This document shows, piece after piece, positions 32,356 to 42,427 of a DNA stretch of 64,000 bases. Within the stretch, counting starts at the first letter, position 1. Each line of letters starts with the position of its first letter. This DNA comes from Escherichia coli (lineage in GTDB: Bacteria; Pseudomonadota; Gammaproteobacteria; Enterobacterales; Enterobacteriaceae): assembly GCF_013122565.1 (NCBI RefSeq), contig NZ_CP053258.1. One strand, written 5' to 3'. Made by a program: the position numbers and the translations under genes. The notes beneath the pieces were generated by a model. That model saw nothing but the letters and a program-made list of their open reading frames with translations. It did no database searches and was not told the origin of the DNA.

Positions 32356-33483
32356 TTGAATTACCAAATGATTACCACGGACGATGCGCTGGCTTCTTTG
32401 TGTGAAGCCGTCCGTGCCTTTCCGGCGATAGCCCTGGATACTGAATTTGTTCGTACGCGCACTTATTACCCGCAGCTGGGGTTGATTCAACTTTTCGATG
32501 GCGAGCATCTGGCGCTAATTGATCCTCTCGGGATCACCGACTGGTCACCGCTGAAAGCGATCCTGCGCGATCCGTCCATCACAAAATTTCTCCATGCAGG
32601 CAGTGAAGATCTGGAAGTGTTCCTCAATGTCTTTGGCGAATTACCACAACCCTTGATTGACACGCAAATCCTTGCTGCCTTCTGCGGACGCCCGATGTCA
32701 TGGGGTTTCGCTTCCATGGTGGAAGAGTATTCCGGCGTTACGCTGGACAAGAGTGAATCGCGCACCGACTGGCTGGCCAGACCGCTGACCGAACGTCAGT
32801 GTGAATACGCAGCGGCGGATGTCTGGTATCTGTTACCGATCACCGCCAAGCTTATGGTAGAAACGGAGGCCTCCGGCTGGCTACCTGCGGCGCTGGATGA
32901 ATGCCGCCTGATGCAAATGCGTCGTCAGGAAGTCGTTGCGCCGGAAGATGCCTGGCGTGATATCACCAATGCCTGGCAGTTACGCACACGCCAACTGGCC
33001 TGTCTGCAACTGTTAGCCGACTGGCGACTGCGCAAGGCGCGAGAGCGCGATCTGGCGGTGAACTTTGTCGTGCGTGAAGAGCATTTGTGGTCGGTAGCGC
33101 GTTATATGCCGGGAAGTTTAGGCGAACTGGACAGCCTGGGTTTATCCGGTAGCGAAATCCGCTTTCACGGTAAAACGCTGCTGGCGCTGGTGGAAAAAGC
33201 GCAGACATTGCCGGAAGAGGCCTTACCGCAGCCGATGCTTAACCTGATGGACATGCCGGGTTATCGTAAAGCGTTTAAAGCGATTAAGTCGCTGATTACT
33301 GACGTGAGCGAAACGCACAAGATCAGCGCCGAATTGCTGGCATCGCGTCGGCAAATCAACCAACTGCTGAACTGGCACTGGAAACTGAAACCGCAGCACA
33401 ATTTGCCGGAGCTGATTTCCGGCTGGCGTGGTGAGCTGATGGCGGAAGCATTACACAATTTATTGCAGGAATATCCGCAGTAA
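32356..33483 (+). CDS. rnd: Ribonuclease D
   Basis: 375-aa ORF starting MNYQMITTDDALASLCEAVRAFPAIALDTEFVRTRTYYPQLGLIQ (DEDDy exonuclease plus HRDC). Confidence 0.95.
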   Translation: MNYQMITTDDALASLCEAVRAFPAIALDTEFVRTRTYYPQLGLIQLFDGEHLALIDPLGITDWSPLKAILRDPSITKFLHAGSEDLEVFLNVFGELPQPLIDTQILAAFCGRPMSWGFASMVEEYSGVTLDKSESRTDWLARPLTERQCEYAAADVWYLLPITAKLMVETEASGWLPAALDECRLMQMRRQEVVAPEDAWRDITNAWQLRTRQLACLQLLADWRLRKARERDLAVNFVVREEHLWSVARYMPGSLGELDSLGLSGSEIRFHGKTLLALVEKAQTLPEEALPQPMLNLMDMPGYRKAFKAIKSLITDVSETHKISAELLASRRQINQLLNWHWKLKPQHNLPELISGWRGELMAEALHNLLQEYPQ

Positions 33484-33489
33484 AATCTT

Positions 33490-33532
33490 CCGAAGCCGGA
33501 CTGGGCGCGCTCAGCGCCACATCCGGCTTCGG
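33490..33532. repeat. Compound palindromic hairpin between rnd and the yeaX fragment
   Basis: Outer arms ccgaagccgga / tccggcttcgg enclosing inner stem ggcgc / gcgcc; no clear U-tract on either strand. Confidence 0.45.
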
Positions 33533-33536
33533 CAAA

Positions 33537-33950
33537 CTACAAATCCAACACCAGGCGTTTACCCTTCGCACGCGAACAACAGATCAACATACTTTGCTGG
33601 CTGGCACGCTCTTCATCGCTAAAATACTGATCCCGATGGTCAGCTTCACCTTCCAGTATTGCCGTTTCGCAGGTTCCGCATACCCCTTCACGACATAAAC
33701 ATTCCACTTTCGCGGCTTTATTATTTTCAATAACCTGCAAAATAGTCATCTCTTCCGGCACCACAAACTCTTTTCCGGAACGGGCAAGCACCAGGGTAAA
33801 TGCATCGCCGGTTTTGTCTTCGATAGCAAATTGCTCAAAGTGCAGCGTATCGGCGGCGATGTCCAGACGCGCAGCTTCACTTCTTACCGCTTCAATTAGC
33901 GCCTCGGGGCCACAGGTATAAACGTGTGTGCCAGGTTCGATATCCGCCAT
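33537..33950 (-). pseudogene. yeaX: 3' fragment of yeaX (cntB-like oxidoreductase): end of NAD-binding domain plus plant-type 2Fe-2S ferredoxin domain
   Basis: ORF 33537-34016 (159 aa). From MADIEPGTHVYTCGPEALIEAVRSEAARL onward it looks like the C-terminus of an FNR-type reductase followed by a 2Fe-2S domain (CREGVCGTCE ... LICC). The N-terminal FAD/FMN-binding domain is absent and yeaW/yeaV are not found upstream. Confidence 0.6.
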
Positions 33951-33992
33951 TGACATCCTCCACGTCCTGAAGGACGAGGAGGATGTCAATGG
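33947..33992. repeat. 46-bp near-perfect palindrome at the 5' edge of the yeaX fragment
   Basis: ccattgacatcctccacgtcc-tgaa-ggacgaggaggatgtcaatgg: two 21-nt arms with one mismatch. The minus-strand reading of the left arm gives GGAGG, 6 nt spacer, ATG (the MADIEPG start). Confidence 0.85.
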
Positions 33993-34136
33993 CAGGGTAT
34001 GAGTTGTATATTGCATTTAACGAATTAATTATTTTTGTGTTATATAAATTAAACAATTAAGAATTCGGAAAGCCATAAAACACGAAACGGAAACAATAAA
34101 AGGTGAAATGACGCAGGTTATTAACTGCAAAGAACG

Positions 34137-34165
34137 AATAAAAAAACCGCGTCAGTGACGCGGTT
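34137..34165 (-). terminator. Rho-independent terminator downstream of dmlA
   Basis: Stem aaccgcg / cgcggtt preceded on the plus strand by an A-run, giving a U-run after the hairpin on the minus strand; 20 nt past the dmlA stop. Confidence 0.6.
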
Positions 34166-34184
34166 CAAATAAACTGGTTTGACC

Positions 34185-35270
34185 TTAACGCAAAATAATT
34201 TTGCAAATCGCGTCGGCAACCTGTGGCGTGGTGGCACTGCCTTTCATATCCGGTGTTTTCGGCCCGTGAGCAATCACTTCTTCAATCGCTGCCAGAATAC
34301 CGTTATGCGCTTGCTGGAAACGCTCATCGCCATTGCCGAGAAAATCGAGCATCATTGCACCGGCCCAAATTGTGGCGATAGGGTTAGCAATATTTTTCCC
34401 GTAGATATCCGGCGCGGAACCGTGGACAGGCTCGAAGAGCGACGGGAAAGTGCGTTCCGGATTCAGGTTGGCGGATGGGGCAATGCCAATGGTGCCGGTG
34501 CAGGCCGGGCCAAGATCGGAAAGGATATCGCCAAACAAATTGGACGCCACTACCACATCGAAGCGTTCCGGCTGCATCACAAAACGCGCGCAGAGAATAT
34601 CAATATGCTGCTTGTCCCACCGGATCTCCGGATAATTCTCGGCCATTGCTTCCACTCGCTCATCCCAGTACGGCATGCTGATGGCTAAACCGTTCGATTT
34701 AGTGGCAGAAGTTAGTGTCTTACGTGGGCGGCTTTGCGCAAGTTCGAAGGCATAACGCAAAATGCGATCGACACCACGACGCGTAAATACCGATTCCTGA
34801 ATGACGACTTCATGCTCTGTACCTTCATTCACTCTACCGCCGAGCGAGGAATATTCGCCTTCGGTGTTTTCCCTGACCACGTAAAAATCGATGTCGCCAG
34901 GCTGTTTTCCCGCCAGCGGGCAGGGAACGCCAGGAAAGAGACGAACCGGGCGCAGATTGACGTACTGGTCGAATTCACGACGAAATTTCAGCAGCGAACC
35001 CCACAACGAAATATGGTCCGGAACGGTATCCGGCCAGCCGACGGCACCAAAATAGATGGCGTCGAAACGGCTAAGTTGCTCATGCCAGTCGTCCGGCATC
35101 ATTTTACCGTGATGGCTGTAATACTCGCAGCTCGCCCACTCCATTTGCTCAAAACTCAAGGCGAAGCCCCAGCGCTCAGCGGCAGCCTGTAACACGCGAA
35201 TCCCTTCAGGAAGGACTTCTTTGCCAATCCCGTCTCCCGGGATCGCAGCAATACGCATCGTTTTCATCAT
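34185..35270 (-). CDS. dmlA: D-malate dehydrogenase (decarboxylating) DmlA (YeaU)
   Basis: 361-aa ORF starting MMKTMRIAAIPGDGIGKEVLPEG, isocitrate/isopropylmalate dehydrogenase family. Confidence 0.9.
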   Translation of the reverse strand: MMKTMRIAAIPGDGIGKEVLPEGIRVLQAAAERWGFALSFEQMEWASCEYYSHHGKMMPDDWHEQLSRFDAIYFGAVGWPDTVPDHISLWGSLLKFRREFDQYVNLRPVRLFPGVPCPLAGKQPGDIDFYVVRENTEGEYSSLGGRVNEGTEHEVVIQESVFTRRGVDRILRYAFELAQSRPRKTLTSATKSNGLAISMPYWDERVEAMAENYPEIRWDKQHIDILCARFVMQPERFDVVVASNLFGDILSDLGPACTGTIGIAPSANLNPERTFPSLFEPVHGSAPDIYGKNIANPIATIWAGAMMLDFLGNGDERFQQAHNGILAAIEEVIAHGPKTPDMKGSATTPQVADAICKIILR

Positions 35271-35372
35271 TGGGTTCTCACTTCCTGACCATCAAAATTG
35301 ACAACATCACCATCCTATAATTGACTGAAAAGGAATTAATCCCCGTAACTGGTGAAACATAAAACACGAATC

Positions 35373-36296
35373 ATGAATAATTTACCGCTGCTGAATGATT
35401 TGCGCGTCTTTATGCTGGTGGCTCGCCGGGCTGGTTTTGCCGCCGTGGCGGAAGAACTGGGCGTTTCACCGGCGTTCGTCAGCAAGCGCATCGCCTTGCT
35501 GGAGCAAACGCTAAACGTGGTGTTGTTACACCGCACCACCCGCCGCGTCACCATTACCGAAGAAGGAGAGCGGATTTATGAATGGGCGCAGCGGATTTTG
35601 CAGGATGTCGGTCAGATGATGGACGAACTTTCTGACGTGCGTCAGGTGCCACAGGGGATGCTGCGTATTATCAGCAGCTTTGGTTTTGGACGACAGGTGG
35701 TGGCTCCGGCGTTATCAGCGCTGGCGAAGGCGTATCCGCAACTGGAATTACGTTTTGATGTGGAAGACCGGCTGGTCGATTTGGTCAATGAAGGTGTCGA
35801 TCTCGATATTCGCATTGGCGATGACATCGCCCCTAATTTAATCGCCCGCAAACTGGCGACCAATTACCGCATTCTCTGCGCGTCGCCGGAATTTATTGCG
35901 CAACATGGCGCGCCGAAACATTTAACCGATCTTTCTGCATTGCCGTGCCTGGTCATTAAAGAGCGCGATCATCCTTTTGGTGTCTGGCAATTACGCAATA
36001 AAGAAGGCCACCATGCGATTAAAGTCACCGGCCCACTGTCGTCTAATCATGGAGAAATTGTCCATCAGTGGTGTCTCGATGGGCAGGGGATTGCTCTGCG
36101 CTCCTGGTGGGATGTTAGCGAAAACATTGCCAGTGGTCATTTAGTGCAAGTGCTACCGGAATATTACCAGCCAGCGAACGTCTGGGCCGTTTATGTTTCA
36201 AGGCTGGCGACGTCAGCGAAAGTGCGGATAACGGTAGAATTTTTACGCCAGTATTTTGCCGAGCACTACCCGAATTTTTCACTGGAGCATGCCTGA
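35373..36296 (+). CDS. dmlR: LysR-family regulator DmlR (YeaT)
   Basis: ORF 35352-36296; start trimmed to MNNLPLLNDLRVFMLVARRAGF (307 aa); divergent from dmlA. Confidence 0.85.
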   Translation: MNNLPLLNDLRVFMLVARRAGFAAVAEELGVSPAFVSKRIALLEQTLNVVLLHRTTRRVTITEEGERIYEWAQRILQDVGQMMDELSDVRQVPQGMLRIISSFGFGRQVVAPALSALAKAYPQLELRFDVEDRLVDLVNEGVDLDIRIGDDIAPNLIARKLATNYRILCASPEFIAQHGAPKHLTDLSALPCLVIKERDHPFGVWQLRNKEGHHAIKVTGPLSSNHGEIVHQWCLDGQGIALRSWWDVSENIASGHLVQVLPEYYQPANVWAVYVSRLATSAKVRITVEFLRQYFAEHYPNFSLEHA

Positions 36297-36353
36297 TTAA
36301 TGATTCAATTATCGGGTTGATATCAGGTTAAAACCTGATTTTCTCCTTTCTAA

Positions 36354-37061
<708 letters not shown>

Positions 37062-37144
37062 TGCTTTCAGCCCGCGTTGTCGCGGGCTTCCCATCTGTAA
37101 TTCTCCCTGATTCTTCTTTGATACGGTGCTAAAAAGTAACCAAT

Positions 37145-37167
37145 AAATGGTATTTAAAATGCAAATT
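37145..37167 (+). promoter_or_regulatory. NsrR-operator-like inverted repeat upstream of yeaR-yoaG
   Basis: AAATGGTATTT-A-AAATGCAAATT resembles the 11-1-11 NsrR consensus; sits about 65 nt upstream of yeaR, a known NsrR/NarL-regulated operon. Confidence 0.4.
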
Positions 37168-37233
37168 ATCAGGCGTACCCTGAAACGGCTGGAATAAACC
37201 GTTTTCAGCGCATTCACCGAAGGAGGGAAAAGG

Positions 37234-37593
37234 ATGCTGCAAATCCCACAGAATTATATTCATACGCGCTCAACGCCTTTCTGGAATAAACAAACTGCGC
37301 CTGCCGGAATATTCGAACGTCATCTTGATAAAGGAACGCGCCCGGGGGTTTACCCACGCCTTTCCGTTATGCATGGGGCGGTCAAATATCTCGGCTACGC
37401 TGATGAACACAGTGCAGAGCCTGATCTGGTGATCCTTATCGAAGCGGGGCAGTTTGCGGTGTTCCCTCCAGAAAAGTGGCACAACATTGAAGCCATGACT
37501 GACGATACTTATTTCAACATTGACTTCTTCGTTGCTCCTGAAGTCCTGATGGAAGGCGCGCAACAACGGAAAGTCATTCATAACGGGAAATGA
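37234..37593 (+). CDS. yeaR: DUF1971 protein YeaR
   Basis: 119-aa ORF starting MLQIPQNYIHTRSTPFWNKQTAPAGIFERH. Confidence 0.85.
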   Translation: MLQIPQNYIHTRSTPFWNKQTAPAGIFERHLDKGTRPGVYPRLSVMHGAVKYLGYADEHSAEPDLVILIEAGQFAVFPPEKWHNIEAMTDDTYFNIDFFVAPEVLMEGAQQRKVIHNGK

Positions 37594-37596
37594 ATC

Positions 37597-37779
37597 ATGG
37601 GCAAAGCAACGTATACCGTGACCGTCACCAATAACAGCAATGGCGTTTCTGTCGATTATGAAACAGAGACGCCGATGACTTTGCTGGTGCCAGAAGTGGC
37701 GGCTGAAGTGATAAAAGATCTGGTGAATACCGTGCGTTCTTATGACACGGAAAACGAACATGATGTTTGTGGTTGGTAA
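37597..37779 (+). CDS. yoaG: DUF1869 small protein YoaG
   Basis: 60-aa ORF MGKATYTVTVTNNSNGVSVDYETETPMT, 3 nt after the yeaR stop. Confidence 0.8.
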   Translation: MGKATYTVTVTNNSNGVSVDYETETPMTLLVPEVAAEVIKDLVNTVRSYDTENEHDVCGW

Positions 37780-37926
37780 TTATCACTGATCGTTGATGGC
37801 GCAATTTCTGCGCCATCGCAAAAAAATCCTCCGTGATGCTCGTCACAAATCTTGCCCTCCCGATGTTGTGCTATGCTTTTTATCAGCGACTAACCCGCTA
37901 ATGCAAAACAGATAAGTGAGGAAACA

Positions 37927-38175
37927 ATGGGTATTCTGTCATGGATTATTTTTGGGCTTATTGCCGGTATTCTGGCGAAGTGGATCATGCCAGGTAAAGA
38001 TGGTGGTGGATTCTTTATGACTATCCTGCTGGGAATAGTCGGTGCCGTAGTCGGCGGATGGATCAGCACGCTGTTTGGCTTTGGTAAAGTCGATGGCTTC
38101 AATTTTGGCAGCTTCGTGGTTGCCGTTATTGGTGCGATTGTCGTGCTATTTATCTACAGGAAGATTAAAAGTTAA
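37927..38175 (+). CDS. yeaQ: GlsB/YeaQ/YmgE-family membrane protein YeaQ
   Basis: 82-aa ORF starting MGILSWIIFGLIAGILAKWIMPGKDGGG. Confidence 0.85.
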   Translation: MGILSWIIFGLIAGILAKWIMPGKDGGGFFMTILLGIVGAVVGGWISTLFGFGKVDGFNFGSFVVAVIGAIVVLFIYRKIKS

Positions 38176-38189
38176 CGCGTAAATTGCAC

Positions 38190-38223
38190 AAAGGCTGCAC
38201 ACAGGCAGCCTTTGCTATTTTTT
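38190..38223 (+). terminator. Rho-independent terminator downstream of yeaQ
   Basis: Stem aaggctgc / gcagcctt with 6-nt loop followed by tttgctatttttt. Confidence 0.65.
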
Positions 38224-38233
38224 AGAGGTGACG

Positions 38234-38308
38234 TTACCACCATCCCAGCTCAGTGCCGAGTACGACAATAATCGCCACACCCATCATAATGATCGTTGTT
38301 TTTTTCAT
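38234..38308 (-). CDS. yoaJ: Small membrane protein YoaJ, 24 aa
   Basis: Minus-strand translation MKKTTIIMMGVAIIVVLGTELGWW, a single TM helix. Below the ORF-track size cutoff. Confidence 0.7.
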   Translation of the reverse strand: MKKTTIIMMGVAIIVVLGTELGWW

Positions 38309-38310
38309 CT

Positions 38311-38409
38311 TTATGCTCCCGGGGCAGCATAGCCGCCAATAAAAAACCATGCTAAAAATACGACCGCTGTAATGAAGATTACAACCGGAAAAATAATACC
38401 GATTCGCAT
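38311..38409 (-). CDS. yoaK: Small membrane protein YoaK, 32 aa
   Basis: Minus-strand translation MRIGIIFPVVIFITAVVFLAWFFIGGYAAPGA; its stop lies 2 nt upstream of the yoaJ start. Below the ORF-track size cutoff. Confidence 0.7.
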   Translation of the reverse strand: MRIGIIFPVVIFITAVVFLAWFFIGGYAAPGA

Positions 38410-38441
38410 GTTATCACCAATCAAAAGGATGTGAATACGCC

Positions 38442-39467
38442 TCAGGAATGTAGCGCTGGATGCGCGACAAAAGGTGTTTTCTGTTTGTGTTTTTTCTCCT
38501 GATACATCGCGATATCGGCAGCATGCAGGGCACTGTCTGCATCGGTTGTTTCAGGATCGACTTCTACTATGCCAAGACTGGCACCAGGATAATACAAATC
38601 AACATCACCTAAGTGATATTCTCCGCGTATTTGCTGCTGAATACGTTCTCGCAGCGACGAAATATCCGCATTCTCGTTGTTCAGTGAAACAACCAAAAAC
38701 TCATCACCGCCGAGACGACCAATAACTTCGCCATTTTGCTGGAGCGTATTAAGGCGCTCGCCAACCTGAATGAGGAACAAATCACCACTATTATGACCAA
38801 AACGATCGTTGATTAATTTGAAGTTATCCAGATCGATAAACGCGATCATTATCTTATGGTTAAGATGCCGGGCGAGGGAAAACAGCGTCGTCAGATTTTC
38901 AAAAATCGCCCGCCGATTCGGTAGCCCGGTTAACGAGTCGGTATACGATTGCGCAATCAGCGCAGCATTGGCTTCGCGCAGCTGTTCAACCAACGCCTCT
39001 TTTTGAATATATTGTGCAATCAGTCCGGCGAATAACTGTAAAACCTGTTCCGCGCGTTCACTCCACTGGCGCTTCTCACTGCTGGCGGCGCAAAGCGTGC
39101 CATAGAATGATCCATCCGGTAAGTGAATTGGCGTGCTCAGAAATGTGGTGATGCCAAGATTGCGTGCCGCAATACAGTCGCCCCAACGGTCAGGGACTTC
39201 ATCGCTGAAAAAGCAGTTTTCATCAATGGCGCGTTTGCATAACGAGTAATCCCACGAGACGGTAAAATTCTCCGGGATGTGCATTTTCTGGCTGTTACGG
39301 GCAAACATAATATGCTGCAGGCGCGCTTCGACATCCACTTTGGTCAGGTAGGTTGATTCCATATCAGTGACCATTTCCAGCATCTCCAGAAGCTGTCGGA
39401 CCAGACTTTCCAGTGACTGTTCTTTGGCAAGGGATTGCGAGACGCGGTCGATGATCTGATCTGACAC
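38442..39467 (-). CDS. dgcP: Diguanylate cyclase DgcP (YeaP), GAF plus GGDEF
   Basis: ORF 38442-39596; start trimmed to GTG (VSDQIIDRVSQSLAKEQ), 341 aa; intact RLGGDEF motif. Confidence 0.85.
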   Translation of the reverse strand: MSDQIIDRVSQSLAKEQSLESLVRQLLEMLEMVTDMESTYLTKVDVEARLQHIMFARNSQKMHIPENFTVSWDYSLCKRAIDENCFFSDEVPDRWGDCIAARNLGITTFLSTPIHLPDGSFYGTLCAASSEKRQWSERAEQVLQLFAGLIAQYIQKEALVEQLREANAALIAQSYTDSLTGLPNRRAIFENLTTLFSLARHLNHKIMIAFIDLDNFKLINDRFGHNSGDLFLIQVGERLNTLQQNGEVIGRLGGDEFLVVSLNNENADISSLRERIQQQIRGEYHLGDVDLYYPGASLGIVEVDPETTDADSALHAADIAMYQEKKHKQKTPFVAHPALHS

Positions 39468-39649
39468 GAAACAACTCCAGGATACGGCGGGTAAATGCTG
39501 ATTATTTAATCTTTGCAGGCATGATAAAACATCATCAACAAAGATGAAACAATGCGTAATATGATTTGAGTGAATGTAATAAAAATAGTGCTGCAAAACA
39601 AAACGATACCGCGATACTCTAAGTCTGGATAAATATGTGAGATCAATAA

Positions 39650-39904
39650 ATGAAAATTATCAGTTTTGTTCTGCCTTGCTTGCTGGTCCTGGCTGGTTGT
39701 TCAACCCCTTCTCAGCCAGAAGCACCCAAACCGCCGCAGATTGGTATGGCAAATCCGGCGTCGGTCTATTGCCAGCAGAAGGGCGGGACGCTCATTCCAG
39801 TGCGGACAGCGCAAGGGGTCAGCAACAATTGCAAATTACCGGGCGGTGAAACGATTGATGAATGGGCATTGTGGCGACGGGACCATCCGGCTGGTGAAAA
39901 ATAA
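39650..39904 (+). CDS. yoaF: DUF333 lipoprotein YoaF
   Basis: 84-aa ORF with lipobox MKIISFVLPCLLVLAGC. Confidence 0.85.
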   Translation: MKIISFVLPCLLVLAGCSTPSQPEAPKPPQIGMANPASVYCQQKGGTLIPVRTAQGVSNNCKLPGGETIDEWALWRRDHPAGEK

Positions 39905-39925
39905 CCGCCGGATGCTGTACTAAAA

Positions 39926-40273
39926 TCACAAGCTACGTAGCCAGTCGGCCAGCACCAGCGCATGGTTCTGCGTGGTGTTTTTGGCTGAGTAGAGCAGGGT
40001 CAGCGGCTGTTTTTTGGCGATGTCCGCCAGCCGCTTTCCTTCTTGCTCGTGTTGCGCCAGTTCTGCAAGATATTGCTCGCGAAAGGTTGCAAAATCGACG
40101 ACTTCGCCGTGAAAGGCTTTGCGCAGTTCCGTTGACGGTGTGATTTCTTTATCCCACTCATCAAGGGCTAAATCGGTTTTTTTGATACCGCGCGGCCAGA
40201 GGCGGTCGACCAGTACGCGATAACCATCGCTCTGTTCAGCCGGATCATAAACGCGTTTGCACTGAATATTCAT
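39926..40273 (-). CDS. yeaO: DUF488 protein YeaO
   Basis: ORF 39926-40294; start trimmed to MNIQCKRVYDPAEQSDGYRV (115 aa). Confidence 0.85.
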   Translation of the reverse strand: MNIQCKRVYDPAEQSDGYRVLVDRLWPRGIKKTDLALDEWDKEITPSTELRKAFHGEVVDFATFREQYLAELAQHEQEGKRLADIAKKQPLTLLYSAKNTTQNHALVLADWLRSL

Positions 40274-40327
40274 CGTGTTTGTTCTCCCTTTCACGCATGA
40301 TTTGTCACGTCACTATAGCACCGGATA

Positions 40328-41509
40328 TTAGCGAATTTCTTTGTCTCTCCCGGCGCAAAGTCCGAAAATCGCCATCAGTAGTGACAGTATTGCAACACCC
40401 ATCAGTGGTGCGGACCAGTCACCGATAGCATCGTGTATTTTCCCCATCAGCGGCGGCCCACAGGCTGCCAGCAAATACCCGACGGATTGTGCCATCCCCG
40501 AGAGTGCCGCCGCCTGATGCGCAGAACTAGCCCGCAGACCAATGAACGTCAATCCCAGTATCATTGCTGCGCCGGAACCAAAGCCGAAAAGCAGAGTCCA
40601 GGTGATCGCGTGCGCTGGCATAAAGCAGAGCCCAACCGCGCCCACTGCGCACATCAAGGCAACGAACGCTGCAATACCACGCTGATCTTTCACATGATGT
40701 AAGAAAAGAGGGATCAGCAAACCGGGCGCTGCTGTGGCTAGTTGCAGCAAACCATGCAGTGAACCCGCCTGTGCTTCGCTATAGCCGTGACTGATGAGGA
40801 TCGCCGGAAGCCAGCCAATAATCACGTAATAGACCAGTGAGTTGATCCCAAGAAACAATGTTACCTGCCAGGCAAGCGGCGAACGCCAGATACCCCGAGT
40901 ATGTAAGGCGCGTGAAGTACTCAAATTTGCATGTTGTTGGCTTCGCCACTGTGGCAGCCATAAAAAAAGAGCCAGCAGAGGAAAACACATCAGCATGAGC
41001 AAGGCGCCTTGCCAGCCAAAACCGTTCAAAGCCAGCGGCACTACCATAGCCGATCCCAGGGCCGCCGCAGCTCCCATTGTCAGGGAATATGCGCCGGTAA
41101 GTCTGGCGACGGAATGAGGGAAATCGCGTTTAATTAATCCTGGCAGTAAGACATTACCTAATGCAATCCCACCACCAATGACCGCTGTACCGCCAAATAA
41201 TAAGTAAGGCGAAGGGAGAGAGCGAATTGCGATACCTGCACAGATCAAAAGTAACGCGGCAAACAGGCTACGTTCCATACCAAAACGTCGCGCCACCGGG
41301 GCAGCCAGAGGTGAGATTAGCGCAAAGGCCAATAATGGCAGGGTGGTTAATAAGCCGGTTTGCGCCGTCGTCAGCGAGTAAGCGGAACGAATCGTATCGA
41401 GTAACGGTGCTGCGCCGGTGAAGGTGACGCGTAATGTTGTGGCAATCATTAGAATGCCAGCGATAAGGACAATCCTGTTTTTGCCGCTTAATGAAGTTGA
41501 ACAGGTCAT
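40328..41509 (-). CDS. nimT: MFS exporter NimT (YeaN)
   Basis: 393-aa multi-TM ORF starting MTCSTSLSGKNRIVLIAGILMIATTLRV. Confidence 0.9.
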   Translation of the reverse strand: MTCSTSLSGKNRIVLIAGILMIATTLRVTFTGAAPLLDTIRSAYSLTTAQTGLLTTLPLLAFALISPLAAPVARRFGMERSLFAALLLICAGIAIRSLPSPYLLFGGTAVIGGGIALGNVLLPGLIKRDFPHSVARLTGAYSLTMGAAAALGSAMVVPLALNGFGWQGALLMLMCFPLLALFLWLPQWRSQQHANLSTSRALHTRGIWRSPLAWQVTLFLGINSLVYYVIIGWLPAILISHGYSEAQAGSLHGLLQLATAAPGLLIPLFLHHVKDQRGIAAFVALMCAVGAVGLCFMPAHAITWTLLFGFGSGAAMILGLTFIGLRASSAHQAAALSGMAQSVGYLLAACGPPLMGKIHDAIGDWSAPLMGVAILSLLMAIFGLCAGRDKEIR

Positions 41510-41605
41510 ATGCTTCTCATTGTTACAAACGAGGCTGTACCTTACCGTTTTTATTGTTATGTTGAATCAAGCTAAAATGACAAATTATCGCTAAATTCGG
41601 ACAAA

Positions 41606-42427
41606 ATGATGCACAGGTTGAATCTCAATGGCTATGAACCCGACCGACACCATGAAGCCGCGGTCGCATTTTGTATTCACGCCGGAACGGATGAGTTAAC
41701 CAGTCCTGTACATCAGCACCGCAAAGGACAGCTGATACTGGCATTACATGGTGCAATTACCTGTACGGTGGAAAATGCTTTGTGGATGGTGCCGCCACAA
41801 TATGCGGTTTGGATACCGGGCGGGGTGGAACATAGTAATCAAGTGACAGCTAACGCTGAACTCTGTTTTCTGTTTATCGAACCCAGCGCAGTGACAATGC
41901 CGACAACATGTTGCACATTGAAAATATCGCCCTTATGCCGGGAATTAATTTTAACTCTGGCAAACAGGACGACGACTCAGCGTGCTGAGCCGATGACCCG
42001 CAGATTAATTCAGGTCCTGTTTGATGAACTCCCTCAGCAGCCACAACAACAGCTGCACCTACCCGTTTCTTCTCATCCTAAAATCCGCGCGATGGTGGAG
42101 ATGATGGCGAAAGAGCCCGTCGAGTGGGGGTCATTGGGGCAATGGGCTGGCTTTTTTGCGATGAGTGAACGCAATCTTGCCCGACTGATAGTAAAAGAGA
42201 CGGGGTTGAGTTTTCGCCAGTGGCGACAGCAGTTACAGCTGATTATGGCGCTTCAGGGATTAGTGAAAGGCGATACTGTACAGAAAGTTGCTCATACGCT
42301 GGGGTATGATTCAACAACGGCCTTTATTACTATGTTTAAGAAAGGCCTGGGGCAAACGCCAGGCCGATATATTGCGGGATTAACTACTGTTTCCCCACAA
42401 TCAGCGAAACCAGACCCGCGGCAATAA
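41606..42427 (+). CDS. nimR: AraC-family regulator NimR (YeaM)
   Basis: 273-aa ORF with cupin N-domain and C-terminal AraC HTH; divergent from nimT. Confidence 0.9.
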
